A stretch of DNA of 62,428 nucleotides, the filler included, from Diploschistes diacapsis (lineage: Eukaryota): assembly GCA_023645945.1 (NCBI GenBank). It is 18 parts of 18 records of this genome, joined end to end, with 100 filler letters (N's around TTAATTAATTAA, not from the genome) between each part and the next. Parts side by side here need not be neighbours in the genome. Positions count along the whole stretch, not along the records: positions 8,960 to 33,492 come from JALAIB010000235.1; positions 33,593 to 35,729 come from JALAIB010002350.1; positions 35,830 to 37,965 come from JALAIB010002351.1; 15 more parts are not named here. One strand, written 5' to 3'. Below are positions 25,224 to 37,669 of the stretch, one piece after another. How positions within the stretch are numbered: the stretch's first letter is position 1; each line of letters opens with the position of its first letter. The position numbers and the translations under genes are program-made. The notes under the pieces are model-generated. The model was not told where the DNA came from. It made no database searches and worked only from the letters and a program-made list of their open reading frames with translations.

Positions 25224-25909
25224 CTAAGCAGTAGCAGCCTGCGGCGCAGTGCTCTCCATCACCGTCTCGACCTCCACCTTCGGCATCGTAGCCCCCGTCC
25301 CACCAAGGTCCGTGGATTTTGCCTTTGGGTTCTTAGTGTAGTAATTCGAGATGGCACTCTTAATCGCATCCTCAGCCAGCATCGAACAGTGCACTATATT
25401 CCATGATCAGTGCTCGTCCAAGCGACGATCTTACTCCGCTCCTCCAACGAAAACAACTCACGCTTAACGGGCGGCAAACAAAGCTCCTGCGCAATCTCCG
25501 TGTTCCGAATCTTGCCCGCATCCTCGAGCGTCATGCCCCTCACCAGCTCCGTCAGGTACGAACTGCTTGCGATTGCGCTCCCGCAGCCAAACGTCTTGAA
25601 CTTGACGTCGCTGATCGTGTTGCTGTTCGGGTCCACGCGGATCTGCAGCTTCATCACGTCGCCGCAGGCCGGCGCCCCGACGAGGCCGGTGCCCACGTCC
25701 GTGTCCGTCTTGGACATGGAGCCCACATTGCGTGGGTTGGAGTAGTGGTCGAGAACCTTTTCATGGTAGAAGCGGCGGGAGGGGAGGTTGAATGTTGCCG
25801 GGCCGAGGGAGGGGGTGTGTGGAAGGCTTGAAGGGCGGATGGAGTGGGAGGAGGAGGCCAGGGTGCGGGAGGCGGCGCGGGGGGCGGTGGCGGCTACTCT
25901 TCTCAACAT
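25224..25909 (-). CDS. ISU1: Mitochondrial Fe-S cluster scaffold IscU, 2 exons (25462-25909, 25224-25393)
   Basis: Presequence; YHEKVLDHYSNPRNVG, GAPACGDVMKLQI, FKTFGCGSAIASSS, LPPVK|LHCSMLAEDAIKSA. Confidence 0.98.
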
Positions 25910-26315
25910 GATGATGTGATGGTGTTGTGTACTTGTGTAATATTGTGGTATTGAAGGGGAGGAGGTGGTGTAATGGTAACTGGGGATAGAGTTTGACGGT
26001 TAAGGATAAAGAAGTGGTGAAGCTCTATGATATCCGTCTGAGAAATTAAAAGATTAGAGTGACGTTACTGCCATTCGCTTCGGCTTTAGCAGTGGCGAAC
26101 CTGTGCTCGGCTTATCGGACATTGAGCTCGGGCCGTTCAAAGAGAAATTGCACGTGACTCTAGCGGAACATTATTCATTCGCGAAACCTTATGCCTCTCA
26201 ACTACCTGCCTATGAACCGTGACACTGCCCACGAATCAAAGACTCGGGTCGTTCTTTTCCTAACCTCGCATATGCTTCGATAGTCCCTTACTCTTAACAA
26301 CAAATACCCCCCCTC

Positions 26316-26912
26316 CTACCTTCGCATCTGTCTCCAACTTATATCTACCGGCGGGCTAGGATTGGCCTTCTCCAGATTCAAATCAAGCTTCACCCAATGC
26401 GCATACTTGCCCAACCATATTTGTTTCGCTTCTTGCAACACGGCCTCCAGCGCGGTGTCCTGCCAGCAGCCTCTCTCGTCTTGAAACTTTTCTCGAGAAT
26501 TCCAGGAAGCTATCGAGCTCACCCGCAGCGTCGAAGTCCCCCAACGAGCCTTGAAATCGGTCATGCATTCGATTACTCTTTCGCATCTCATATGCCTGGA
26601 AACCTCGAGAAGAATTACTGCAATGTCGTTCCCGCTCTCATAGATCTGTGATAGTCCGGCTTGAAACGTATCGTCGCTCAGAGTCGCCATTATTAAGTAT
26701 CGGGTCCCGAACTTGGTTACAGCTCTGAGCAGGTGAACCCTACCCCGCCACCAAGGCTTGCAAGAGAGTAAGACTTCGAGATCAGCGTATCCGCTCTTCC
26801 TTAAGTTCATCACTTCTTCGAGGCATGCGAGCTCGTTGTAGATGATCCATTCGTGCGGCGGAATGTAGTTGTCAGGCTCTGGGAAAGGTAAGAACTCTTC
26901 TGTGCTTCCCAT
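26316..26912 (-). CDS. Hypothetical protein, 198 aa
   Basis: ATG-initiated open frame with ordinary amino-acid composition and an intron-like segment upstream (GTGAGT...GCTGATCTTTATCAG, ~26939-26998); no recognised domain. Confidence 0.45.
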   Translation of the reverse strand: MGSTEEFLPFPEPDNYIPPHEWIIYNELACLEEVMNLRKSGYADLEVLLSCKPWWRGRVHLLRAVTKFGTRYLIMATLSDDTFQAGLSQIYESGNDIAVILLEVSRHMRCERVIECMTDFKARWGTSTLRVSSIASWNSREKFQDERGCWQDTALEAVLQEAKQIWLGKYAHWVKLDLNLEKANPSPPVDISWRQMRR

Positions 26913-28343
26913 TCTAGTGTTAAGAAGTCTCGAATGCCCTGATAAAGATCAGCGTCTTAGTTTTGCTAGGCGGGTCTTGAGGTGTTCAACGAACTCACGT
27001 TTAAAGGTTTATGCAAGCTTTTCCAGGGTCAAGGTTCGGTTTCGCTAGACCGAAAAGTCTGTTTTGATACTATACACATGAATCAGATGATGGGATGGTT
27101 TTTGACATAGATAAATCACACGCTGAATGCATTTGACAAGGAACGGTTATCAATTCTGGGTGATAGTAAAGTTTGATAACTGATATTACCCCCTTTGCTC
27201 ATAGTTCTCGCAAACATATAGAGAACATATTCCTGCAAGAGCGAGCCAGAGTCTTCACCCACAACCTGCCAAATCAAGCCATAAAAGTCTTGAAGCGCTC
27301 CTCAATATGCTATCAGGTGCTTGGCGGCCTCAGCAGGCCATTAGGTGTCTAACGTACGGCCCCCTTCACTCCTCCAAAGTGATTGAGAACGCTAGACATG
27401 AGTTTTGAGTCATCTTCATCGTGCTCTGAAATCGCACGTTGGATCCATTCGATCTCTGAGTTCACCTTCTCCTCGACTAATTCACGTGGGTAGTGCTTAA
27501 TGATGCTTAATCACAATCCGTTGTTCCACCGAAGTGTAATGGTTAACCCGATTTTCTATCCACTCAATCTTTAAGTGCTCTTTTTTGTCTTCAAACACCC
27601 ATTTTCGTCCCCGGACAGCCATTGGCTCCCCACGGACATATTGTTTGAGAAAACAGCAAACACCCCGGCCAATCAGAGCCATAAGTACCCATAGTTATGC
27701 TTGCCAAAGGAGCTTGAGAAAAATACCCGAGTGATGGGTGCCATCAATCATCAGATAAAAGTTCCTTTCCGACTTCAGGAGAATTGGTTGGGGGCAAGTC
27801 ATAACTATGAGGGCTTCTGCGTCGATATATCCTAATGACATCATAGATATCAAGGTAAGTGCTTTACGAATTTGAATCTGATGGGGCTTGGGGGAGAACG
27901 AGGAAATGCTTGCCAGTCCAAGCTACAAAGAAAACTCGGAAATCCTAAGCTGCTGCAGATGATTCGTTGTGGTTGGGAAGCTCTGGACCTTTGAGCTTCG
28001 TTACAGGATGGAAATCTTGCTGGAAACGAAGGGTATGATGGTAAGGCAACTCGAGCAGTGAAGGAAGAAGTTGAAACATTTATACATTTGGGGTTTAATA
28101 TAGGTAGCCTCTGAGGACTACATTTTAACTCGGTTCTAAAATACTGTTCGATGGAATTTAAACGACTTTCCTGTCTGATCATGAAGGACAGGGTGCTAGA
28201 GACCAACCGCTGGCGTCGCTCATGCCAATCTCAATCTTTGTTATTCCGCTTTTAGACCTGCACCGAATCCGTGCAGTGCACAGCAAAACTTCAAAGATAC
28301 TCTTGACTCCCAGGTCATTACTGATCTAATTCGGTTTAAGGCT

Positions 28344-29889
28344 CTACGCTATATCGGAGGGTCCCCGATAAGGTGCAAAGCTCATTGTGCCCTGCTCCAT
28401 GTCGAATATGGTATAGAAAAAATCGAAGAACTGGAACCCTATCACGCCGCTGTTCGCGTTTATGTCGAGAGAGACTATCGTTCCTTGACAAACTAGTAAG
28501 AGTCGGTCAGTTTCCGTGCCACTATCCACAGCATCACAAACCCATGATGGACCGACATATCTTTCTGTTGGAATGAAACATAGAGCGTGGACTACTTACT
28601 GTTACCGTCCGGATGGGGCGCATAGAAAGCTGCTGGTGGTAGGAAAAACCAAGCATCTTTACCATCACCGGCATCGAAATCAAACGTCAAATATGGAAGA
28701 GAGGAATCGGCTGTTTCACAAGGAAAGATCCAGTTGCCGCTGTCTTTTTTTGCGCCTGTTGCCATTCTAAAATAACCGTCGACAACCTTGCCCGGCAGTT
28801 GCATGTTCCCGGCTGCAGTTGCTGGAAAAGAGTCAGATCATAGCATTCAACAAAGCAAGATTGGCCAAGCTTAGCTCATACAGAACGTGATGATCATGGG
28901 TGACGACGCCTGGGTTTGATCTAATAGTACCACACCGTTATTGTGACCAGTGAGGGTCTTGTTCACCTTCATCTCCCAGCCAGCGAAGGCAGTGTCATGA
29001 ACAGGAAGTACGCTAACACTCTTGTTGTCGTACCGCCTCCAATCCGAGTCGCCCAACATGAGCGCAGAACCGCTGCCAGGTGCCATGTCAAGGGCCACCG
29101 TAGGGTGCTTCAACTTCCCATCGGATACCAACAAGCTGACCATATCACCTAATCAATCGAGTCAGCCACGAGCCCTTCCTTGAACCTCCATGAAGGTGAA
29201 ATGGCGATCTTACTCCTGAACTGAGCGGTCTCGTAACCAAGTCCAAAGAACCCGAACCTTGTGGTACGGATCCCCGTAACAAATCTGTCGCCACTTCAAT
29301 CGGCATGTTCACAGTATGCCCCAGTAGCCCGACATTTTCGAAGCCTACAGATCTTTAGAATCTACAGAGACATGCACAAACGTTGCACCTATCTGCCATA
29401 TACCATACTTCGTTGGATCCGTAGGTTATACTGCTGCCATTGCCACCGCCATTATACTCCTGCCAAGACTTACTCTGTGCCGAATTGTACACTGGGAATG
29501 GGGACTTTGCAGGATCGTTGTTACTCTTCTCAAATAAAGCGGCATCAAGCACCCATCTATGCCATACAAGCGTTGATCAGAAGTCTTGCAAGGGGCTGGA
29601 ACCACTCGGAGCCATTGACTTACAAGTCCTGGCCTCCCGTATCTACGATCATGTCCAGTGTCTGGCTCCCAAGAGTAACGTCGATATACCACATTTCGGA
29701 GCTCCCCATGAGGTTAGATAGTTCAACGCTGGGGTCGATATTGCGAGCGGCCAGACTCGAACGCGGTCGACGTCGGAGAGGCAACGTAATGGCGGAAGCA
29801 CTAGTATCATCGCTCCTCAGTGTAGGCTCGAAAGCCTTGCTTAGCTCAACGGCTAACAGAATGAAGGGAACCCACATGGGGCTCAACAT
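28344..29889 (-). pseudogene. Secreted pepsin-like (A1) aspartic protease homolog; second catalytic Asp absent, apparent frameshift
   Basis: Signal peptide/prosegment; WYIDVTLGSQTLDMIVDTGGQDLWV, flap ITYGS, GFFGLGY, LMLGDSD, WIFPC, LPYLTFDF, VIGFQFFDFFYTIFDMEQGTMSFA; second motif reads IITFSTAAG; frame change within ~29260-29295. Confidence 0.75.
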
Positions 29890-31118
29890 ATTGGACCCAA
29901 TCAGGTTCTCAGCGGAAACTTTAATGTTGGTATGGAGCAAGACCAAAGATACATGAAATCCGCAAAATCCCTAACAATCCAGGGTAACATTTGGGGAGAC
30001 CAAGTTGACAACAAAGAGCTAGGCTAGCCAGGAGCATGCCTGCGCAGTTAGAGATCGCAGTTGGAAGCACTAAGCGCGAGGAGTTGGAACAAAGAAAAAA
30101 GGATGACATTTGACTAGAATAAGATTTTCAGGTATACCCTGATGAAGAACCCATGCAATGCATCCTAGGTTCATGAGCATATCCCAAGGTTAAAGTAAAT
30201 ATTGGAAATACGAGTCCGTTGCAGACTCTATCCATAAGCCAGAGAAGCTCGGCGTATATCAAAAAACAATTCTATCTTATGTTTTCTTGGCCTCTTTCCA
30301 TGATTTACCTCTGCCTGGCGCTTCCGGACTCATGGAACTGAAGCGCTCCCAGTGGCCGCTGTGTCTCCATACATATTTTGATCTTTGACCGGTGTATGAC
30401 GGAAGGCCTCCTGAGTACTATTACCACGATGTCCCTGTCCTATGTCGCAGTCACAGTACAGGTACACTACACTAGGCACCAGCGAAAGCACGCATAAGGG
30501 AAAGTGTGTATACAACTCGGTCAGATGTTTGGATAGCATGATCGTATTTGACCGAGATAGAGAAATCTTCTTGGCGCGTTCTACAAAGTTACTTCTATGA
30601 GATTAGCTTGCTCAGAACCCTCGAGGAAACCTTTTTTTAAATTTTCTTTCAATGATTGGTTAGTTCCTCTTGATCAGAAAGTTTACTATTTTCTATCCGG
30701 AAAAAGGACTGATTGTCGCTAACTCCGCAATTGACGGAGCGGGGAGAGATCCTCACCAATCCTCACTTCTCCTCTAGTTTTCAGTCTTTAGCTGGACTCA
30801 AAGGAATCTTCTCCGCATCTTTCACTAAAGAGTTTAGCCTCATAGATCGAGGCCCCGCCATTCACAACGGTCATCAATTGGTCTTGCAACCCGTTCCTTA
30901 TACATGGATATGCTTTCATCGTGCAAGAGCCTGCAGATTCAAAGGCTGCAGGCATGTCCTGGAAGTATAAGACAGAGCTCATATCCTCCACTATGGCTAT
31001 CGTCAGGTCCTTCGATGATCATCGGCTCCACTACACTCTCATTTCTCTAGGATTAGGTTGAGAGGTTGCTCCGAGGACTTGCTTCAGTTCAATCTGTCAC
31101 TCCTTGTTGGTAGTAACT

Positions 31119-32818
31119 ATGAAGAAGCCTTATTTCGGCCTGAGGGGTGGATGGCTCACCTTCTGGATCTCTGTGGCTTGTGCTACAGACATGGTAAGAA
31201 TCCCCTTGCAATAGGGAAACACTTCCTCACAATTATGTAGACGCTGTTCGGTTATGATCAAGGGGTCTTCGGTGGCGTCATCGTCACACCAGACTTCCTC
31301 GATACACTCGACCTCAACGGCCCTGAGAATACCGGCACTGTTAGCACAGTTACCGCTATCTATGATATTGGCTGTTTTTTCGGTGCCGTCATTGCCTTCT
31401 GGCTCGGCGAGAAGCTTGGTAGGAGAAACACGGTACTTGTAGGAACAACGATCATGACTGTTGGCGCCATCCTGCAGATATCAGCCTACAGCGTTGGTCA
31501 GATGGTTGCTGGCCGAGTCATTGCTGGCATTGGAAATGGCATCAACACCGCAACAGCACCTGTATGGCAATCGGAAACCTCCCAGATAAAGTGGCGTGGG
31601 AAGCTCGTTGTCATAGAGATGATCTTGAATATCGCGGGCTTCTCGCTTTCGAACTGGATGACCTACGGTTTTTCCTTCGCAAACGGCCCAATTTCCTGGA
31701 GGTTCCCGCTAGCTTTTCAGCTAGTCTTCATGGGTATTCTGTTTTCAACCACTCCCTGGCTACCAGAGTCTCCCCGTTGGTTGATTGCCCATGGCCAAGA
31801 AGACGAAGCTTTCCAAATCATCGCCGATCTCGAGGACAAGGACATCAACGACCCCTGGGTCTTGACACAGCATAAGGAAATCGTCTACGCCGTCCAATAC
31901 GAGCGCAACAACGCCGTTGGCTGGGGCGACCTCTTACGCGGCCGAACCGGTGCTCAGGGTGGGACCTGCACAATGCGCCGCCTGCTTCTCGGAGCCGGCA
32001 CGCAAGCAATGCAACAGCTTGCCGGTATAAACGTCACAAGCTATTACCTGCCCACTGTATTGATCAACTCCGTCCACCTCGACAACAAGCTCGCTCGCCT
32101 CCTCGCCGCCTGCAACTCCGTTTCTTACCTGCTCTTCTCCCTCATCGCCATCCCTAACGTTGAGCGTTGGGGCCGGCGCCGGCTCATGATGTTCGGCGCC
32201 GCAGGGCAATTCGTATGCTACCTCGTCATCACCATTCTGTTGCGTTACACCGAGCTTCCCGGCTACCCCGAAGCACAGGCTAAGCAAGTCGCTTCTGCAT
32301 CCATCGCCTTCTTCTTCCTCTACTACGTCTTCTTCGGCATAGGATGGCAAGGCGTCCCTTGGCTGTATCCGGTCGAGATCAACTCCCTCTCCATGCGAAC
32401 AAAAGGGGCAGCTATTGGCACTGCAACCAATTGGATTTTTAATTTCATGGTCGTCGAGATCACCCCCATTGGCATCCAGAGTCTGGGTTGGCGCTTCTAC
32501 ATCATCTGGGTCGTTCTGAACTTCTCCTTTGTGCCGCTCGTGTACGTGTTCTACCCCGAGACGGCGGATAGGACGCTCGAGGATATGGATCGCCTGTTCC
32601 GAGAGAACCACGATGTCTTCATTTTCAGGCACAAGGATGCCATTGCGCCCAAGAGGCCGGCCGCGTATGCCGAGTACGAGAGGAGCGAGGTGCGCAGGGC
32701 GAGCAGCGTGAACACGGAGGCGCTGAGGAAGATGAGCCGCGTGGGACACATGGTGGGGAAGCAGGAGGAGGCTAGAGAGTCGTCGGGCGTGGATATGTTG
32801 GAGAAGGTCGAGGTCTGA
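31119..32818 (+). CDS. MFS sugar porter, STL1-like (polyol/sugar:H+ symporter), 2 exons (31119-31193, 31241-32818)
   Basis: LFGYDQGVFGG, GEKLGRR, GRVIAGIGNGINTATAPVWQSE, WRFPLAFQ, PESPRWL, QQLAGINVTSYY, PWLYPVE, YPETADRTLE. Confidence 0.95.
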
Positions 32819-33343
32819 AGGTAGCGGGCTAACCTGAAAGGATATGTTTCCCCAGATGGTGTACAGGGGAGAAAGCGCCAATCAAAAAGTTGCGTGATCT
32901 GTTATCAGGATGATGACACCAGAAAGACTTCAGCTTCATGATTCGTTGAAAAATACCGAATGTTATGAAAACAATAACTACGAACTAATGAATACCAAAC
33001 CACATTGACTTCATTTCTTTCCATTGTGTACCGCGAGCTCCTCTCTTCGCCGTTAATCATCAATGTACCACCCAAACAGACAGCAATACTTTTTTAATCT
33101 GGTTTGCGATTTAAAAGAAACGAAAAGCTATGCGACCCAACGGAAGATTTACGATTCTCAGCTCTTACCTACTACTACACTATGCATTCTCAGCACGACA
33201 TGGTGAGTCCTAACTTTTTTTACCAGCAGCATCCACATTTTTCCAACGCTTCCTCCTCTTTTCCCTTTGTTTCCCCCCTCGGGAATATCAAGGGAAATTC
33301 TCCAGCTTCGATGGGAGAAAATGAGGAGTTTTGGGAATATGTG

Positions 33344-33492
33344 TAGTACTAGGCCAAAAGTAATTAGGTCCACCCCCCATTTCTCGCTAAAAAAAAAGTC
33401 ACTTTTCTAGGCCCTTGCCTCTCTCTGCGAAAACGGGGTTTAAACGATTTTTTGAGTGGGGGGGCCATTTGTTTAATATGAACCCCCCCCCC
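33344..33492. mobile_element. End of a Tc1/mariner-type element at the contig end
   Basis: TAGTACTAGGCCAAAAGTAATTAGGTCCACC matches the left TIR of the 8545 MITE. Confidence 0.75.
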
Positions 33493-33592
33493 NNNNNNNN
33501 NNNNNNNNNNNNNNNNNNNNNNNNNNNNNNNNNNNNTTAATTAATTAANNNNNNNNNNNNNNNNNNNNNNNNNNNNNNNNNNNNNNNNNNNN

Positions 33593-35031
33593 ATTATAAG
33601 CCGAGTACTGCCTTAACAACAGATATAAGGAAATTAGGAAGATTTAAAATATATAATTATTTAATAACGAATTACTGAATTATGTTAAAAAAATTAAGAT
33701 CTTAAAAAAGAATCCTTAATAAAAAGGGAGGAGATAAAATCTATTTATATACGGACGATTTTAGGACACGTAAACCCTTTAGGAAATTAAATCACGTCAA
33801 AATCGGACCTTTTTTTATCGATAAACAACCTGTCATACCGGACGAAATCAAACGAGTCAAGTATCGACTCAGGCTACTAAAGGACGTAAATGTTTATCTA
33901 GTGTTTTATTTTAAATACCTCGAACCAGCATATCTAGACATATTATTATAGAAAACCTTCTATTTCGAATTAAATAACGAAAACGAATACGAAATCGAAA
34001 GAATTATTAACGTAAAAGAAGGCAGATATCGAGTCAGATGGAAAGGATACCTAGAAAGTTAAGATATATAAGAACCTTCGGCGAATTTAATTAATTATAA
34101 AGATAAGTTTAAGGAGTTTTACGATATTTATCCGTTAACGGATTGATCGATATAAAACCAGCGGGATACCTCAAGAACTTAAAGAACTATAAAACAAATC
34201 ACGGAATATAAGAAAAAAGAAAAAGGCAGAAGAAGGGATTAATTTTAGTAAGAATTGAATCCATTATCTCCGCGACGGTATAGATGGATCGAACAAGGGT
34301 TCGATATATTTATATAATAGCATCACGACGCTTTAACCGCTGAGCTACAAAACCATATATAAAGAAATATATATAAACCAGTTTTTATATCTCAACCTTA
34401 TTATTATTTCTTAGTTCCCAGTTTATTGATAAAAACAATAAAATAATTAAATATTATAAATCTTAAAAATTACCCGTAAGCACCGTATTATTATTCGAAT
34501 CCTCAGCCGCCTTTACCTTATCATCCAATTAATCGGCCAGGTACTTCGCTTACTCGATAAATTTCTTTTCAATTAACTTAAAAGTTTTGCGCAGTTTCTC
34601 TATACGCGCCTCATGCTCGACCAACTAAAAAAAGAGTTTTCGTCTTTTCTTTTCTTTTATTTCTAATCGGGATTCTACCTAAAAGCGAACCCTATCTACG
34701 GCTTTTTAGGACATTAATACGCAGTTCTTTCGACCTAAACGGGCACATCTTTCATAACGAGAAGATATAAACGGCATTACGACGCAGGCGTGAATAATAA
34801 AACAATAAAAACAAAAAAGATTTAAAAGTTTATTCAATTTAAAAATACGATCGATAAGTTTATGATTACGAGAAATTAAAAAAGATATCGTTATCCCACG
34901 ATTTAAAATTCTTTTTTTATTTAATACTGATATTAGATTTTCCGGCGAATCATCGGGCCGATAATACTAAAAAAAAATATTACGATCCGAGATCCCGACC
35001 TCGTCACGTCTTAACCGCTCGTTATATAACT
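33593..35031 (+). mobile_element. Chromovirus (Ty3/Gypsy) 3' region: integrase tail, chromodomain, antisense ORF, PPT, start of 3' LTR (34978)
   Basis: GDKIYL...KLNHVKIGPF (GPY/F), VYLVFY; chromodomain EYEIERII...YRVRWKGY...EPSANL from 33985; A-rich PPT then TATTACGATCC. Confidence 0.9.
34300..34888 (-). pseudogene. RIP-mutated antisense accessory ORF of Gypsy element (six-Cys motif + coiled coil)
   Basis: CFYCFIIHACVVMPFISSR(Y>C)ERCARLGRKNCVLMS(*>W)KAVDRVR...EHEARIEKLRKT; stops are RIP-type; homologs at 51987-52508 and 39336-39500. 3' end approximate. Confidence 0.7.
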
Positions 35032-35639
35032 TAGGCTGGCCGTCAGTGTCAGTGTTTTAGATTTTTTTGTTGCGGTGTCAGTGTCCGTGGATTCACGGAA
35101 ATGCAGTGTTCGTGTTAGTGTCCGTGTTTTAAATTTTTTAGCTGCGGTGTCCGTGTCCGTGCTTTTATTATAGTATAGTATTAATGTTAATGTCCGTATT
35201 TTAAAAATTTTTGCTGCGATATCCGCGTTGATAGATTTACGAAAATATAATGTCCGTATCCGTGTATTTATCGAAATATTTTTTTTAATAATTCTAGAAT
35301 TATTACGTCTATTTCTTACGCTTTTTTTTTTAAAAAAAATTTCACTGCGGTGTTCCGGTGAATTTATTATAATATTAATATTAATATTAATATTAATGGA
35401 TTTACGGAAATGTAGTGTTAATATTAATGTTAATATTTTAGATTTTTTAGCTGCGGTATTCGTGTCCGTGTTTTCACTATAATATAGTATTAGTGTTAAT
35501 ATTAATGTTTTAGATTTTTTAACTACGATGTCCGTGTCCGTGCTTTCACTGCAGTGCAGTGTCAGTATCAGTGTCAGTATTGAGAAAAATTTTGCTGCGG
35601 TGTCAGTGTCAGTGTCAGTGGCACGGAACGGCCAGCCTA
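35032..35639. mobile_element. hAT-type MITE with 8-bp TSD ATATAACT, inserted in an LTR
   Basis: TAGGCTGGCCGT...ACGGCCAGCCTA; ATATAACT at 35024-35031 and 35640-35647. Confidence 0.93.
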
Positions 35640-36099
35640 ATATAACTTCGATAACGCAAAATCACGTAATTAATAGACGGCCAGCGATAAATGTTTATCG
35701 CGATAAATCTATTTAAATAAATATTTATCNNNNNNNNNNNNNNNNNNNNNNNNNNNNNNNNNNNNNNNNNNNNTTAATTAATTAANNNNNNNNNNNNNNN
35801 NNNNNNNNNNNNNNNNNNNNNNNNNNNNNTTATTAAATGTACGACATCGTTAAAAGTCCGGATCCACGGGTATATTAAAATTTTTATTTTTATTATTATC
35901 GAGATAATAGAATACGACGTTAGTTTAAAAAATCCGTGATTGAATATTTATAATTTAACGATTAATTTTAAAATACGGACTTTTAAATTAAACGGATGTA
36001 CGTATATTAATATATCCCGTTTATACGTAATTATAACGACTACGGTAAAAAAAAGAAAATATTATGCGATACTTTTTAAACCGGAATCAAGAAAACCCA

Positions 36100-37669
36100 T
36101 GTTACGATCCAAGGTACTAGGCAGTAGTACTTGGCACGCAACAGCTAGTCGGGCACTTCCCAACCACTCCTTGTATATAGTCCAATCAGGGTGACACTGG
36201 TCACGTGATGAGTAGAAGGTCTAGGAAACTATTTTACTTAGTCGTAAGTAAAAGGAAAGAACGGTAGTTCTACTTATCTATTTATTTACTTTATTAAGGG
36301 AGTTGTTGATTATATAAGAACGTTGTTATGATTTTTATAAGTTTAGAACATGTTTATTTTTATAAATATCCTTAATTATTATTCGGGATCAATCTATATT
36401 CGTTACTTCTATTATTAAAAAGCCTTCTTTTTAAAAATAGTTCAAGACTTATAACTATTCTCTCTTCTTTTTCTGTCATACTTTTCTTCTAATAGAAATT
36501 AAATCCATCTTAATCTTACTCGTGTATATCTTATATAAATAAAAATTATAATACTTAAATATTTTTAAGAATAAATATTATTAACAATATAACCGGACAA
36601 TCGCTACCGATAATTAAATCTGTACTATTTCGAACACTTAAAGCGGTAACGCTATTAGAAGAAATCGATGTCCTTATAACGGATATTACGGAAACTAAAG
36701 GCGACGATCCTGGATATAACGATAAACCTAACGAAAATAAATCGTATAAAAAATTTATTATAAAAATTATAAAATTAATAACGTTTTACGAAAACCGAAA
36801 AAAATTAAAATACTAAATACTTTAATTTTTAATATACTTTTATTAAAACTCGTACATCATAAACGACTAAAAAAAACGAATAATCTTCGCCGTAAAATTT
36901 ATACGTGACCGCGTATTAACATAAATAAAATCTTATCTCGACGCATACTTAAGAAGTTAAAAAGATAATTACGAAATGTTTAAAAACTTCGTAGAATTTA
37001 AAAAATAGGTCCGATTAGCCTTCAAGATAACCAACGATAGAGAATATGCGATTCGAGTTATCAAGATAGTTAATTAAAGAAGCTCGACTTCAGAATACAC
37101 GGCGAAATTTTAGGAATATACTAAACTAATTAGGTAAGATAAGGAAACCTTAATAGAAATATACAAGAACGGACTTAAAAATTTAGTTAAAAATGAATTC
37201 ATACGTAATTAAAACCAGCTTTAAAATTTATCGACCCTTTAAGTTAGAATAATAACCATAAACGACCGATTATTTAATCGAGAATAAGAACGTCGCTTTA
37301 ATCGAAGCAAGATTATTAAATTAAGACTTCGCTGCCGCACTAATTATATAAAGAATACATAAAATAAAAGATATATAAATAACGACGCCATGGATCTCGA
37401 TATATTAATTAACAAACCCCGATCCAATTAAAAGAAAGGAACTAAAGGATTCAACGAGGGACCTTTAATTAAAAGAAAGAAGTGCTTCGAATATAGTAAA
37501 ATAAGCCACTTCGCTCGAAATTATAAATTAAAGAACAAGATCGCCAGAAAGAATATCCTAACAACGACAAATTAGTATTATTTTAACGCAATTATAGTTA
37601 TCTTTATAAAAAACTATCCGACCGACGGACAACCCTAAAAAGAAATTATAATTAACTCGAATACCACAA
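36100..37669 (+). mobile_element. Gypsy 5' LTR (36100-36553, 454 bp) plus RIP-ed gag
   Basis: TGTTACGATCC...ATAATA; gag relic with DAMDLD and CCHC knuckle KCFE(C)SKISHFARN(C) at ~37480; colinear with 43516-44670. Confidence 0.9.

Noticed and set aside
29261..29956. 231-aa + strand ORF
   Set aside because: Antisense to the pepsin-like gene, whose motifs and splice sites are on the minus strand.
9770..32818. Possible functional or biosynthetic gene cluster
   Set aside because: Unrelated housekeeping functions; no PKS, NRPS, terpene synthase or cluster regulator.
31934..32881. 315-aa antisense ORF (also 10969-11751, 11930-12547, 25403-25831, 55893-56630)
   Set aside because: Shadow frames of GC-rich conserved genes; no domain features.
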